The notes under the pieces are model-generated. The model saw nothing but the letters and a program-made list of their open reading frames with translations. It made no database searches and had not been told where the DNA came from. This document shows positions 1 to 13,234 of a stretch of DNA of 64,000 nt, one piece after another. The position numbers and the translations under genes were made by a program. The stretch covers positions 11,966,001-12,030,000 of the forward strand of contig NC_135763.1 in the NCBI RefSeq assembly GCF_052425735.1. Direction: 5' to 3'. Each line of letters opens with the position of its first letter. Position 1 is the first letter of the stretch. The stretch comes from Oculina patagonica. Lineage: Eukaryota.

Positions 1-394
1 TTTTTGGTGCAAAATCGTTGCTTGAACAGGCCAGTACACCTGTAAGTGGTCAAGGTCCCCTTTTCAGTGTTTTCCAATGATAACGTCAAAACTTTTTTGA
101 CCAAAAGAAAGGATATGAAGAATAGAAAGTAAAGAGAATAAGAAGGCAGAAAAAAAGGAAGCAAAAGGGGCAAAAAAAAAATTGGAACGGTCCAGTCCAG
201 TCCAAATTTTGGCTTATGCGCATGCACCAAAGTAAAATATTGTACGTTTTTACACAGAATCTTTATCAAAATGTTGCTGAAGTGTAAAAAAGTACCTCTT
301 TAGCAAAGCTGAGGTAAATTCAAGACATAGTACCAAAATTTCAGTTTAGCGGCTAAAAAAGCGGTTTTTTGGGGAAAATTTGGATGTCAAAGGG
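1..394. mobile_element. Right end of a possible piggyBac-type non-autonomous element
   Basis: Ends in GTCAAAGGG|TTAA at 394/395; the other end is outside the window. Confidence 0.35.
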
Positions 395-598
395 TTAAAG
401 TTTAGGTTCGTTTGAGGTAAATAACCAAACGGCAAAGTTTGGTTGAAAATCTATGAGCAGTTTTATTTCACTGGAATTAACTTAAAAGAATTTAAAGACA
501 AATGCTAGAACTTATCATTTAACCGCAAGCCGAATAGTAGAAGTAAACTGAAAAACAACACGAAAAGTCAACAAGAATGTTGATTGCAATCAACAAAC

Positions 599-3500
599 CT
601 CTCTGTAGGATATAAACACTCTCCCTTGCTTTGTCCAGGTCAGCATGTTCGTTCATAATCATTTTGAGCAGCTAACAAAAATATCAAATCAGATAAAGAT
701 GAAGACATTTTAAAAACAAAAATACAAACAAAAAGTTACACTAAGTACTAAGTGATTAAAAATAGTATAAAAAGACTAAAAGTATGTAAAAAATGTAAGA
801 AAATGCTATCGACCGAAATTGATGACTGTGAAACGAAATATTTTCGGGCTGTTTTCGGTCGTTCGTCCGTGTACAATTACAGAGGGGGAACCACGCTTGC
901 AGCTACGGGAAGTTCGGGATCTAACACAGCAAAACAGTCTTTCGGAACGCCAGAGAAACGCAGTTACTTGGCTCCAACAATAGAGTTTATTCCAATAACA
1001 TAACCAGAACGTACGCGCTGGCAGGACATAACCAGTGCGTAAGCAGGACATAACCAAAGAATATTTTACAGTGCTGTTCTACTTAAGGGCGAGCTAGTGA
1101 CGCAATACAGATTACATCATACGAGAAAACGCTATTTTTGAGAACATAAACAAACGATTCTAAGCTCGATTGGCTAAAGTTAATCCTAGCTCTGAAACAT
1201 TAATTACTTTCAAAAACTCGCAGGTGGATTACAGCTTTCTGCAGGTTGCATTTATAGTTTAACAGTTATCTACAGTTATGATCTCACAGTTAACAAACCA
1301 AAACAATTATTTCTACGTTGGATTTTCTATGTTTTTACTAGCGAAGCGAATGAATAAAACTTAACCAAATAATCATTTTTCCTCTCCTTACAACTGGGGA
1401 CAGCCTTTTGAATTCGACAATGTTCTGCATTTCTCGCATTTTTTCATAACTGGTAAATTGACAGGACAGTACCATATATACTTCCGTACAGTACAAAAAC
1501 AACAACACTGTACGCATACATTAGCATGTAATTTAAACTGAATAGTTACAACTAGTTCATCCATCCATGAACTTAACTTACATGTGTTTTGGCCAACTCA
1601 AGCGCAAGCTCCTGAACTGACAGCTTGCTGGACGATTGATTTGGGTGATAAGAAGACGAGGCACGCTTAGTGTGTGCAACACTTCCAGAGGACGCACTCA
1701 GCACTTCATCCTGAAGTAATTACATACGAAAATAATAACAGGAGATATTAAGAAAGAAAAATATGAGCCACTTTTATCGCAGTATCTTTGAATGAACCTT
1801 AAACATTGATTTTGTCCGCTGTACGGCAAAGAAGTTACTTCAGGGGCACACGAACAAAATAATTCAATTTAAGATGTATTTAAGGTTAAGGCTAACATGG
1901 TTAAATATCTTATTTAGAGGTCTTTAAAACACGAAAACACGAGTTTTCGTCCTAAAGAAAGTGTCAGAATATCCAACCCGAAAAATTTTCAACAACAAAA
2001 GCTGCAAAGAAGTGATTGGCAAACTTTTTATAAATCTGCTTTCAAACTGCTTTTTAGAAGAAGGAAAGAGTAGGTTTCTTTAATTTCATGATCTTAAGGG
2101 AGCGCCTCGAGGGAATGAAGACTATTCCTTTCTAATCAGTCTAACTGACTTTTAGAAGAAGATTATTTAGTTAATATTTCGTTATTCTAACAGGGCGTTA
2201 GGAAAGACTGAACCCTACGTGTTATAAATGTCCTTCCAAACTGCTTTGCAGAGGAAGGTAGGAAAGGAAGGATATATATTTCGAATTTCGGGATTTTAAT
2301 CCGGTGCCAGAGGAGAAGGAGGGTGGGGTTTATATAATTATCTCTTTTCCAACTGCTTTTTTAGAGGATGGGAGAATAGTATGCATTTCGTATTACCTGA
2401 AAACAGAGAATGCGTTCAAATATCTGGTGTTTCGAGGCTGTATTACTATAATGTACTTAGGGAGCGGTTTGAATGCACTTTCTTAATGCTTGGAGGAAGA
2501 GAAGGATTTTTATTATGAAACTTAGAATTGCGAGGAGCCCCAGGAGAGAATGCATTGGTTTCTTTCTAACTACTTCTTAAAGCAAGGAAAGATTATTTAT
2601 GATGAACTTCATGATTCTAAGGGGACGCCAGCTGCAATGAAGGCTAAATGTTAAAAATTTGCTTCGTGACCGGTTTTTAAAGTGAAAATTATTTATTGTG
2701 AATGTTATGATTCTAAAGGAGCGCTAGTGGAGAATTTAGAGTACCTTTTTAAAATCTGTTTTTTAGTTGCTTTTTAGAGAGAGGGAAGGGTAGTTATTTT
2801 GTTTAAAAATCTGACTGGTTTTTCATGATTCTAAGGGAGAACAAGGAGAGAATGAGGAGTACAAAGTATGTTTTTTTTTTAAGGAATGGAAGGGTATTTT
2901 TAACTTCATGATTCTTAGGTGAACGCTAGCAGAAATTGAAGAATTCGTCTACAAATCTACTTTTTAACTATATGATTTAGATGAAGTGAGCTACATTTAT
3001 TTGCATTCATTAAGGGGGCGACAGGGGAGAGCGAGCGAAGGATATCTGTTTTTTAAATGTGGCTTTTTAGCTGCTTTTTGAAGAAATTAGGTTAATTTAC
3101 TTGAATTGCATGATTCTAAGGGAGCGCAAGGAGAGATAAATGGTACGTTTAATAAATCAACTTTCTAAATGTTTTTATGTGAAAGGAAAGGAATTTGTTT
3201 TGAATTTTACGGGGCTCGAGGAAAGGATAATGAGTACGTCATATATATAAATCTGCTCTCTGACTTCTGTTAGGGGGGACTGGAAGGGTATTTATTTTAA
3301 TTTTCATGATTCTCCGGGAGCGCCAGGGGAGAATGAAGGGTACGTCAGTTTTATATCTGCTTTCAAGCTGCTTTTTAGAGGGAGGGATGGGTAGTTATTT
3401 TGTATTTCATGTTGTAAAGGGAACCGCAAAAGAAAATAAAATGGCGAGTTTTAAAAATCTGCCTCGTGACTGAATTTAAGAGAAAAGAAGTGTACTTATT

Positions 3501-6500
3501 TTGGATTTAATGATTTCAAGAGATCGCAAGGAGAGAATGAATGCATGGTACGTTTTATTAAACTATTTATTAACTGTGTTTTCAGAAAAAGGGAAGGGTA
3601 TTTATTTTAAATTTCACGATTCTAAGGAAGCGCCAGGAGGCAATGAAGATCGAGTGTATTCTACAAAACTGATTTCTATCTGGATTTTAGAGCATGAAAA
3701 AGGACATTTAATTTGAATTTTTCTTATATCTTTTGATATTTCCAAGTAATATTTTAACTGAAAGCCCCAAGAGACTCTGAAGGGAATTTATTTATGCATT
3801 TAGTATGTAACTACAAAGCATGGATATTTCAATTTATCGTGCGCTGGAGAAACTAGTGAAGGGTCATTTTTTCGACCATTTTGCTTGTTTACAAGCAAAT
3901 AGGAGATTAGGAGTGATGTGGGCAAAATTTGGAACATTCTTGTCTACTCTCAAGGGACTTTTTTAATTTCTCAAGGGACTGTTTTAATTTCTCAAGGGAG
4001 TTCTTTCCGCTTAGTGGGCGATGAAAGGGTCTCTTATTATTATTGCGTCAACACTTTCGATCTCGTGTTAAAGACGTGACTTGTCACATATTCCGGTGTA
4101 GGTGATGAAAGGGTTTGTCATTAGTATTGCGTCAACACTTGCGGGTTCAAATTGCGGCCTCGTGAAAAAGCATTAAAAACGCTAACAAAATTACAGAATT
4201 CAGACTACTACAGAGAACCTTGAAAGAAACTTTGTTTAGAATTTATTTTTAGTTTGGATGAAGTCAAGAAATGTGTTGACAAGGGGCAGAGTATCGAAAT
4301 TTTTCGCACCGTGCTGTACTGCACGGCAGAAATAATTATCCACATGTTCATGTTGAAAGCGAAGTTTTAATTTGAGCAGCCGGCTTTTGAAGTCAATTGT
4401 ACACTAAATGGATTTACCGATCGTTCAAAAAATTACAGAGAACCTTGAAAGAAACTTTGTTTAGAATTTATTTTTAGTTCGGATGAAGTCAAGAAATGTG
4501 TTGACAAGCGGCAGAGTATCGAAATTTTTCGCACCGTGCTGTACTGCACGGCAGAAATAATTATCCACATGTTCATGTTGAAAGCGAAGTTTTAATTTGA
4601 GCAGCCGGCTTTTGAAGTCAATTGTACACTAAATGGATTTACCGATCGTTCAAAAAATTACAGAGAACCTTGAAAGAAACTTTGTTTAGAATTTATTTTT
4701 AGTTTGTATGAAGTCAAGAAATGTGTTGACAAGCGGCAGAGTATCGAAATTTTTCGCACCGTGCTGTACTGCACGGCAGAAATAATTATCCACATGTTCA
4801 TGTTGAAAGCGAAGTTTTAATTTGAGCAGCCGGCTTTTGAAGTCAATTGTACACTATTAAAATGGATTTACCGATCGTTCAAAAAATTACATCCAAGTTC
4901 AAAGCAATAACAGTACATTACCATTTCGTTCTCAAAAGACTTGAGAAGCCGCAATTGGTCCTTGTTTAACTCCGTGATTTGAATTCAAAACGCATTTGTA
5001 AGCACTATTACACCATATCTTCGCGGCGGTGAAAGGAAAGATAAATCCTTCATCAACAAGGTTTCAGCACTCTGTACTCCATGGTTTTCCGTTTTAAGGC
5101 CACTTTAAAATTCTATAGTGTTTCTCCTTTCCGTTTTAAGTCCCAAATATGTTTTTTTTTCTTGTTCAGAATCAAAACAAGGCCTTGGAAGTTTGTAAAT
5201 ACGATTTCCTTGTACGATTTCAATGCACGGAATAATACGAAAAACCTTCTTCTAGGACCCCAAGAGTTCTCTAAAAATATGCGCAGAAAACAGATTTTGA
5301 TTGGTTTATTTGCCGTTATTATCTATAGAACAATAGAAGAACCAAAAAAACTCCAGGGAGGGTGGGAAAGGGCATATCCGCTGTAGGTGATGAAAGGGTC
5401 TCTCATCAGTATTGCTTCAAAATTATCCACATGTTCATGTTGAAAGCGAAGTTTTAATTTTAGCAGCCAGCTTGAAGTCAATTGTACACTAAATGGATTT
5501 ACCGATCGTTCAAAAAATTACATCCAAGTTCAAAGCAATAACAGTACATTACCATTTCGTTTTTAAAAGATTTGAATTCAAAACGCATTTGTAAGCACCA
5601 TTACAGCATGGCGGCGGTGGAAGGAAAGATAAATTAATCCTTCATCAACAATGTTTTAGCACTCTGTAGTCCATGGTTTTCCGTTTTAAGGCCACTTTAA
5701 AATTCTATATTTCTCCTTATCGTTTTAAGTCCCAAAGATGGTATTTTTCTTGTTGGTTTTCAAAGCCTGGTGAGACCGGCACAAGCAATTTGGGGGTGGT
5801 TTCCAATGTTTGGGTCAACATAACACTGGGGAGCTGGTGTTAAAGACGTGACTTGTCACATATGCTGTAGGTGATGAAAGGGGCTCTCATTAGTATTGCG
5901 TAAACACTTTCGGGTTCAAATTGCGGCGTTATGGATTGAAGATAACTGTAATTTTTGCATACGCAAGCCAAATTGGTCATAAACTGTCTAAAAACGTTTT
6001 GTTCTTTGTATTAAAAGGAAAGTTCTTGGAGAGTGCGTTTTATCCATTAGTACAAAGTTATCAGTACAAAGATACGCACGTTAATGCTTTAGTTTGGCAA
6101 GAGTGAAGTTAATGAAATAACATAAACGGATACAAATTCCAGTGGTTTTTAACTGTTGCGGAGTGGAGTGGTTTTCAACGGTTTACGAAGTTTAAAGGAG
6201 CAATAGAGCTCTATCTACTGCTCAATAAATTTGTTTTCAATAGCACTGAACTTGACAGTTGTCATAAACTTTTCTTCACCGTTGGAAGAATTCACTCTGG
6301 AAAAGAGACAGATGTTCAGTGGAGCAAGAGAGTTACCTTGAGTGCTAGTGTCATGTGGTACAGATGTTTTTTCGATAAAGTTATCGCTACATGGTTTCGC
6401 TTTTAGTCTTTGAAGTATTTCCGCACTGCGGTTGGTAAGCGAGTGGGGAAACATCAACGCAGTTGCAGTATCTGGCAATTCTCATTTATGCTCGTGATTT

Positions 6501-9500
6501 TTGCCATCAGTAACTGGTTAACTCATTTGCCATCGTTTGCCAAAACGTACAATTTTTAAAGTGCTACGCTTTTCCTTCTTTTTTTTCTCTCACTTCTGTT
6601 ATGTTCAATTTTTTTTAACACGTGTTTTCTTTTGTTCTGCCGTGTTTATTTATAGCCGTTTACGCTATTCCGTTGTCTTAGTTGTTATCAATGCTGACAC
6701 ACCCCTTGACACACCAGTTGAGATAAAATTCTCCCGTTATATGCTAAGCTGCGCTAAAGAAGTTTTTTTTTTCTTTTTAGAGAGATAAGCTACCACTTTA
6801 TTCCAATTCTACGGTATGATACATTCTATGAATTTTTGGTATGGCAGTTTTAGTATTTAATCCTGAATTTCCTACTGTGCGATTAAGTAAGTCGCTAACA
6901 GGCTCGTTAGTATGTTTTCGTGAGCGATGCTTTTGAATTTACACAATGGACGCACAGCAAGATAAAACGAATTTCCGGTAATTGTTTGAGTACATAGGTG
7001 GTGGAAAACACGGATCCTGCTTCCCAAAATCCGTAACCGGGTTTACATTACGTTTTTGACGTAGGGTATAAGCAAGCCCGACAGTTTATAAATTTCAGTT
7101 AGAAACTAAACAGATGAAGTCTTCTTTTTAAGTTATCACCCAAAATTTTATTCTTTCTTATAATTTGTAACAGATTTTTGGTCTAATTAGACCGTAAATC
7201 GCCAAAATTATTTTTAATTCGCGTTACTTCCGTTCTCCTCCAAATTTGGTATACAGGAAGTGAATTTTATCCGCCAATTACCTAGTGATTCCGGCCAAGA
7301 AACTTTAATGTGCCTTACATGACGATTTTTGCAGAAGTTATTCCTTCAGCAATATGGCGGTCTCGGTCTAACGAGCTTTAATAGGGTTTAAAAGCTCGTT
7401 AAGATGGTCTTTGAGAAGGAATTATGATCTGAAACGTTTTTCGAGTGTCAGAGAAAGTTACTTGGAGATTTGGGTCTATATTCGAAGCTAGAAATTGAGG
7501 TAAATTATCTTTCTTGTTGCTTAGCACGTGTTTCGGTCTGTTGCGTATGCTGTTGAATAACTTGTGTGTGTTTTTTACATCCCATCGTCCCGGGCAGCTG
7601 AAAATTTGAACACGATATTATTCATAGAACGCCCCTCAAACTGCTCAAGGCTGCTTAATCGGCAGAGAAAACGGAACAATCGATACTCACCAAGAACTAT
7701 GTCGGTCAAGCTGGTTATCCTATACGTAGTTATTCCATAAAAACGCTGGTTATAGATAGCCACACATTAGCTTTGGGCAGAGCGCGCTGTTCAACTGACT
7801 CAAAATCGTTCACATGCTCAATTTACATACAGAAAAGAAAGAGACCTGTTTTGCCTCTTCAGTGACAGCAGAATAACCGACGGAAACAATAGAAATAAAG
7901 TCAACAATTACTTTTTATTGTTTACAAATACAAGTTAGTCAGTTATTAAATTCTCGTTTATAAATCCGCGCGTCGTTTTCTTCTGTTTTAGCCAGCAGAA
8001 GGTTTTGGTTCATTTTCCCCAGGTACCATCGATATTTTGTAAAATCCCAGCAAGTTTTCTCCAAGGAAAACCGTCCCAGCAAGCGAACAGTCTCATTCCT
8101 AAATTTGCCAGCCAGCTCAAGTTCAGGTTGCAGAGCGGAAATTTTGTGGAGCGGTTTCGTTGGGTTCTTCTGCGTATGAATAGATAAAATTCCAAATGGT
8201 ACAAAATGAAAGGGGCTCTCATTAGTATTGCATAAACACTTTCGGGTTCAAATTGCGGCGTTATGGATTGAAGATATATGATATGATATGGATATGTGAG
8301 ATAGCTCATCTCACAACAGCTCACCTTGAGCAGGGTTTGACTTGGATAAATTACCTTAATAGAAACCCCTTGTTCTTGTGATTCCATTAGAAATTTCTCA
8401 GTACAAACTTATTAACTTCAGGAACTTTCATTTCCCTTTTAACAGCTTTCTTAACTTACTTCGGCTTTATGCGTTTCTTTATCTCGAACCTATGCCCCAC
8501 TTCACCCTAACCCCCCCCCCCCCCCCCCCAAATAATCATTATTCGACGCCTTCTTTACCTTAAATTGGCGTATTTTTAATTGAAATGGTTCTTTGTTTTG
8601 GTAGCTGTTGTTGCCACTTTTTAAAATGTTTCACACTTCTGCGTTTTACAAAATTCACACATACTGCCTTTTAAGAAAATACGTCAATGCGCATTTTATA
8701 ATGTTCCTCCCATCAACCGTACCGTTCCACCGTTCCGCCGTTCCACCGTTCCTACATTCCTAATAATAAACTAACCAGAATATCCAGGACAACACAAATT
8801 TACATATTTCAACACTTGCACTCCTAAACAAAGTGAAAAGCCTAATTCACCCTTTAAAAAGAACTACTCCATACCACAATTGACTGCCAACAGATAAACC
8901 ATAGCAAAATAGTCGTAGTCTCACAGAGACCTTTGATTCATAATTGTCCTTTCTAACTGCTTTTTAGTTGAATGGATGGACATTTATTTCGAACTTTATT
9001 TTTTCAAGGGTAAGCGAAGGAAGAATAAAGTTCTGTATTTAGAGGAAGGGATAGGCATTTATTATAAATTGTTAATCGAGCGAATAGGGGTACTATTTTT
9101 AAATCAGGAAACCTTTTCAAAGCATTAAAGCGAACAGTCCATGAGATTTTCGTACTATTGGTGTGTTCTTTTTAAACGTTCCTGCTACTCTATTTTTTCT
9201 TAAATACGCTTACGTGGCTTAATAAAATTTCGCTGCACTAACAAGGAAGTGCAACAGAGTTGTGATATCCGAATTTTCTGATCAAAATACCACTCTAGCA
9301 ATTATCCAACAAACTCGGAAAAACGCTAAGGACTAAGTTGTGATCGAAATTTTGCGTTAGGTGAGTGCCTCATTGATAAAACTGCTGCAATCTCTCGAAT
9401 TGTCGCTGTTTTATATGATCGGCTACGTCAATGTTCTGGGAAAATAGTGCGAAAGTGCCAATTTTTATAGTGCCGGATCCGCTAAGGAACATTTTTATAG

Positions 9501-9607
9501 CGAATGAAATTGCTATTCATGATAGTGTACTAAGAAAATTAAACAAAAGAACTTACCGGCAAAAGAGCAAGGAAACAACATAACAGTGGCAGAAATCGGG
9601 ATTTCAT
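599..9607 (-). CDS. Gene E (5' part only): secreted olfactomedin-family paralog; signal peptide, propeptide and coiled-coil exons; OLF exons expected beyond the left edge
   Basis: Coding exons 9607-9557 (MKSRFLPLLCCFLALLP), 1710-1582 (DEVLSASSGSVAHTKRASSSYHPNQSSSKLSVQELALELAKTH), 671-599 (LLKMIMNEHADLDKARESVYILQR). GT-AG sites, phases 0/0/1 and the 73-nt exon length match genes B, C and D. Exon-2 acceptor at 9640-41; probable UTR-exon donor at 9828-29. Confidence 0.8.
2030..3720. repeat. Degenerate tandem array of about 100-bp units (about 17 copies) in gene E intron 2
   Basis: Recurring TTCATGATTCTAAGGGAGCG...GGAGAGAATGA...AACTGCTTTTTAGA...GGAAGGGTATTTATTT at roughly 100-nt spacing; further remnants at about 8945-9105. 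Confidence 0.8.
4209..4890. repeat. Near-perfect 225-bp tandem repeat, 3 copies
   Basis: CAGAGAACCTTGAAAGAAAC starts at 4211, 4436 and 4661. A further partial copy with flank lies at about 5422-5750. Confidence 0.9.
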
Positions 9608-10480
9608 CTTGACAACTTGGTGAAATGACTCTTATGAATCTGCAAATCAGTTTAAAAACAAAGCGAATCAGAATTCATTTTCTAACTGATGAATCACAAA
9701 TAACACAAAATGAGCAAAAAGTGATCGATGAAGTAAAAAACTCTCTGCAACTCTCAAGTTTATCATGAAATGAGGCGTTTATAATGCCAGGAAAACATTA
9801 TATGCTGTGCATTTCAACGTAAGTCTCACCTCGAAAATTTTCTCTTCGCTTGCATTTAGTTTACAGTCGGGTTTCCTTCCCAAAACTTCGACAACAGACT
9901 GAGCTTGGTCGTTCGTACGTTTAACTTTAGCATATACCTTTCCTTTCAGACGCAGCAAACAGCACAACATGTCCGTAAAATTCCTTCATAGCGGCCGGAA
10001 CTTATAAACCCGAAGACTCAACTTTATAAACAAGACTAGATTTGAAGGTATTTGTTTCCAAGTTGTACTTAATGTAAACAAAAAGTTATATATATGGTCC
10101 TTCGCAGATTAATTTTTTTATTATTAGATTCGGTCGATACAGTATATTTAAGAACATAGCGGACAAACCACGAAGTTTTTAAACCTATCATACGTTGATA
10201 TAATGCTTGCAGGCAAATGTTAAATGAAGCAAATCGTGAATATTTATTCCTCCTCGATCATTTTTGTCTAAATTGTTTATTTTCAGAGTTTACCTTCTTG
10301 ATATCGACTTGACTTTTCGAATGCCTCGAAATTCATAGTTCATTGTAATCGCCGTAGCCAAGTCAGGCATTCTGCTCCGACGAAGGGCGCCTATCACATC
10401 CTATCGTAACTCAGTTTCCAAACTCGCTACAGGATCCTACAGCAGTTAATTCACCATAAAATTAAAGTTGATAGTAACTA

Positions 10481-10682
10481 AAGCGGCCTTCACACGACAA
10501 ACTAATGGCCAACTCCTGTTGGCAAACTCAAGTTGGCGTGTGTGAACGACGCAACAACGGCAAACAAGTTCGCCAACAGTTTGCGAACTTGTTTGCCAAC
10601 TGTTGTTGTGTCGTTCACACACGCCAACTTGAGTTTGCCAACATAAGTTTGCCAACTTAAGTTTGTCGTGTGAAGGCCGCTT
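10481..10682. mobile_element. Palindromic MITE (Harbinger/Tourist-like)
   Basis: TIR AAGCGGCCTTCACACGACAAACT / AGTTTGTCGTGTGAAGGCCGCTT with internal palindromy. Confidence 0.75.
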
Positions 10683-10937
10683 GTTTCACTTGCCATCTTG
10701 CCCGCCGACGCAGCACAACAGTTTCTTTACAAACTAATACTCACTGAATACTGCGCTTTGTTTCGATAAAATTATGTCTACTCTCTTCGACCGGGCTCAT
10801 TCAAAGCTTTACGAGCATAGGTTAGATTCAGACTACGATGGAAACTGCTTAAAAGCCATTAAAACGTTTCTGATACCAGCAACTTTGATCTTATTTCTCT
10901 TCGCTTGTCTTGTAATATCAGTTGCAATACACGTTTT

Positions 10938-11127
10938 AAATAGGCCATTTCCGAGTTACCCTTTCCCTCTGCTTCAAAACGAATGTACGTGCGAAACCAT
11001 TTATATGAAAATGAGTTTTAGCTACAGGTCCATTTTCAATCAAAACAAACGCGTTTTCATTTGAATGGTTTCGCACGTAGACTCGTTTTGAAACAGAGGC
11101 AAATGGTAACTCGGAAATGGCCTATTT
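10938..11127. mobile_element. Palindromic MITE
   Basis: TIR AAATAGGCCATTTCCGAGTTACC / GGTAACTCGGAAATGGCCTATTT. Confidence 0.8.
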
Positions 11128-11470
11128 TGCGATGCTTCGCTGAGCATTTTGCTGAACTGATAACAATGAAACTATTCGATCAAATTTTGCATTAACCAAA
11201 ACAACACTTGTATGAAATAGTTAGGTTAGATTACGAGTATGCCCCTCAATTTTCTCAGAATAAGTCGAGTAGTGCGCGAGATCGCGCGCTCGCGCAAGAG
11301 AAAATCACTTTGCATAAGGGAAGTGATCTTGCGTTCACCCACGACCTGTCGTAACCTACTCGTAATTTCCCCACTCCCCCTCTCTACCGTGTAGTTGTCG
11401 TCACGTTTATAAACCAAGACGGTGGGGCATTGATAATAGATTCATTTCAAAATATTTGTTATATCCAATA

Positions 11471-11956
11471 CAGTCGAAGCTCTCTTAACGGACACTCTCG
11501 TAAGCAGACAGCTCTACTTATGGCCGCCTTGTTTGAAACCCCGTTTTAACTTCCATACAAACTCTGTATTTTAAGGGGCCATTCCCGTAAGCGGCCGCGG
11601 ACACTTTCAGAGATTTCGACTTAGACTTTTTTTTTGTTTTTAAGCTTCCGTAAGCGGACACAAAAACGAAAATCCTATTACCAACCTCTGTATCTTGTTT
11701 TTTTATCAATCGACTTCACATCGCCGTTCGTCACAATGGTTCTACAGTAATTACAGTACATACTTCATTTCAGTGCTTGTTTTGTCATCATTCACGTCCG
11801 TTCGGTCATTGTTAGCTAGATAAGCTTCCATAAGCGGCCATCTATCCCCTACACCTCCAGTGGCCGCTTACGAGAACCATTCCTGTAAGCGGCCAGATCC
11901 ATTTACGGACACTTTTTTCGCGTCCCGTGGGGGTCCGCTTACGAGAGCGTCGACTG
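11471..11956. mobile_element. Tc1/mariner-pogo type MITE with TA target duplication
   Basis: TA|CAGTCGAAGCTCTC...GAGAGCGTCGACTG|TA; internal TAAGCGG(A/C)C repeats. Confidence 0.8.
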
Positions 11957-13234
11957 TAACCTTATTTTTGAATCTGCCTTGATTTTAAAACTTATTCGGC
12001 GTTGTTTAATTTTACGTTTTTTGGCCACAGTATCTAAATTTCAAACTGGCAACAACGATTTGCTGCAAAATGTCACAGCGAGAATAAAAATCTGATAAGC
12101 CACATGCTTGCCAAAGTTCGGCCTAAGCAACGCTTAGATTTTAAACAGAAGACGGCGATAAAAATGATTTAAAGTTTCAATGCAGATTTCCTTTTATGGT
12201 AATTGAAATTATTACGAGGTTCAGAGCGCGGGAATATTATTGGTCATAGCGACATCAAACGAGTTTAAGTTGGCAGTTTGAGAGATGCATGAGATGCTAT
12301 AAAAGAGACAAAGTTAAAATGGGTGCGGAGACGAGAGGGATGTGTGGACCTTTTAACTCAAAAATCAAGGTCTGGAATTTGTTTAGCCTTTAACGAAAAG
12401 AGGGGTTGATACTGGTCATTTTAGCGCCACTGAAGTCAGTCAATTATTAAGCAATAGGCTAAATTGTGCCATTTTTGAGAGTATAAATTGCTGAATGATT
12501 GAGAAAGTTGTTGAAATCATAATCCACACAACTGGAGTACCTTCAATCCCACCCCTCTATCCCCACCCTAGCCCTCTGCAAATCTGAGCTTCCTTTGTGT
12601 TTTCAATGCTCATTCCTTTGCACTTTTTCAAATTTTTCTTTCACTGTTTTTAATCATCTATAGCTTTAAAAGCAGCAAATACTGAGCCACGATATAGTCT
12701 TTGACATTTTATTTTAGCATTCAGCACTAACAGCAATTTAAACTGTACCAACGCTTCGACACTTCGATTGAAAGGTAGGTCAGCTCACAGAAGTAAAACG
12801 AGTCTTCCTTCGTGATTTTTAGCAGCTATACTCGATTTACAATTCAAACTTTTTCAGACAATCAGACAGTCATAACAAAAGTCTCGGTGTTATTTGAAAT
12901 CATTCACTAAAAATAAAGTCCTAGTTAAAACTCAACCGAATCACGTGGCTATCCACATAAAAAAAACTAAAATAACGTTTTCAGGAGATATACAGAGCCG
13001 GCAAAGCCAGTTTGAGATCTGTATCCGGGTATTCAGTGATAAAATGAGTCATTCACATTTCAATCACTAAAAACCCGGATGCAGATCTCAAATAGACCAT
13101 TTGCAAGACTGCCTCAGAAGTCTAAAAATGTACGAATTGTAAACTAAACTTATTTTGTTTGAGCGCATTTTCTACAAAGCAATCAGCAAACTTGAAATTC
13201 ATCACTTGCTTTTAGATTCGTGTCTAACTCGAAT

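Noticed and set aside
2030-4890. CRISPR-like periodic repeats
   Set aside because: Eukaryotic intron; the whole units are homologous, with no unique spacers and no cas genes.
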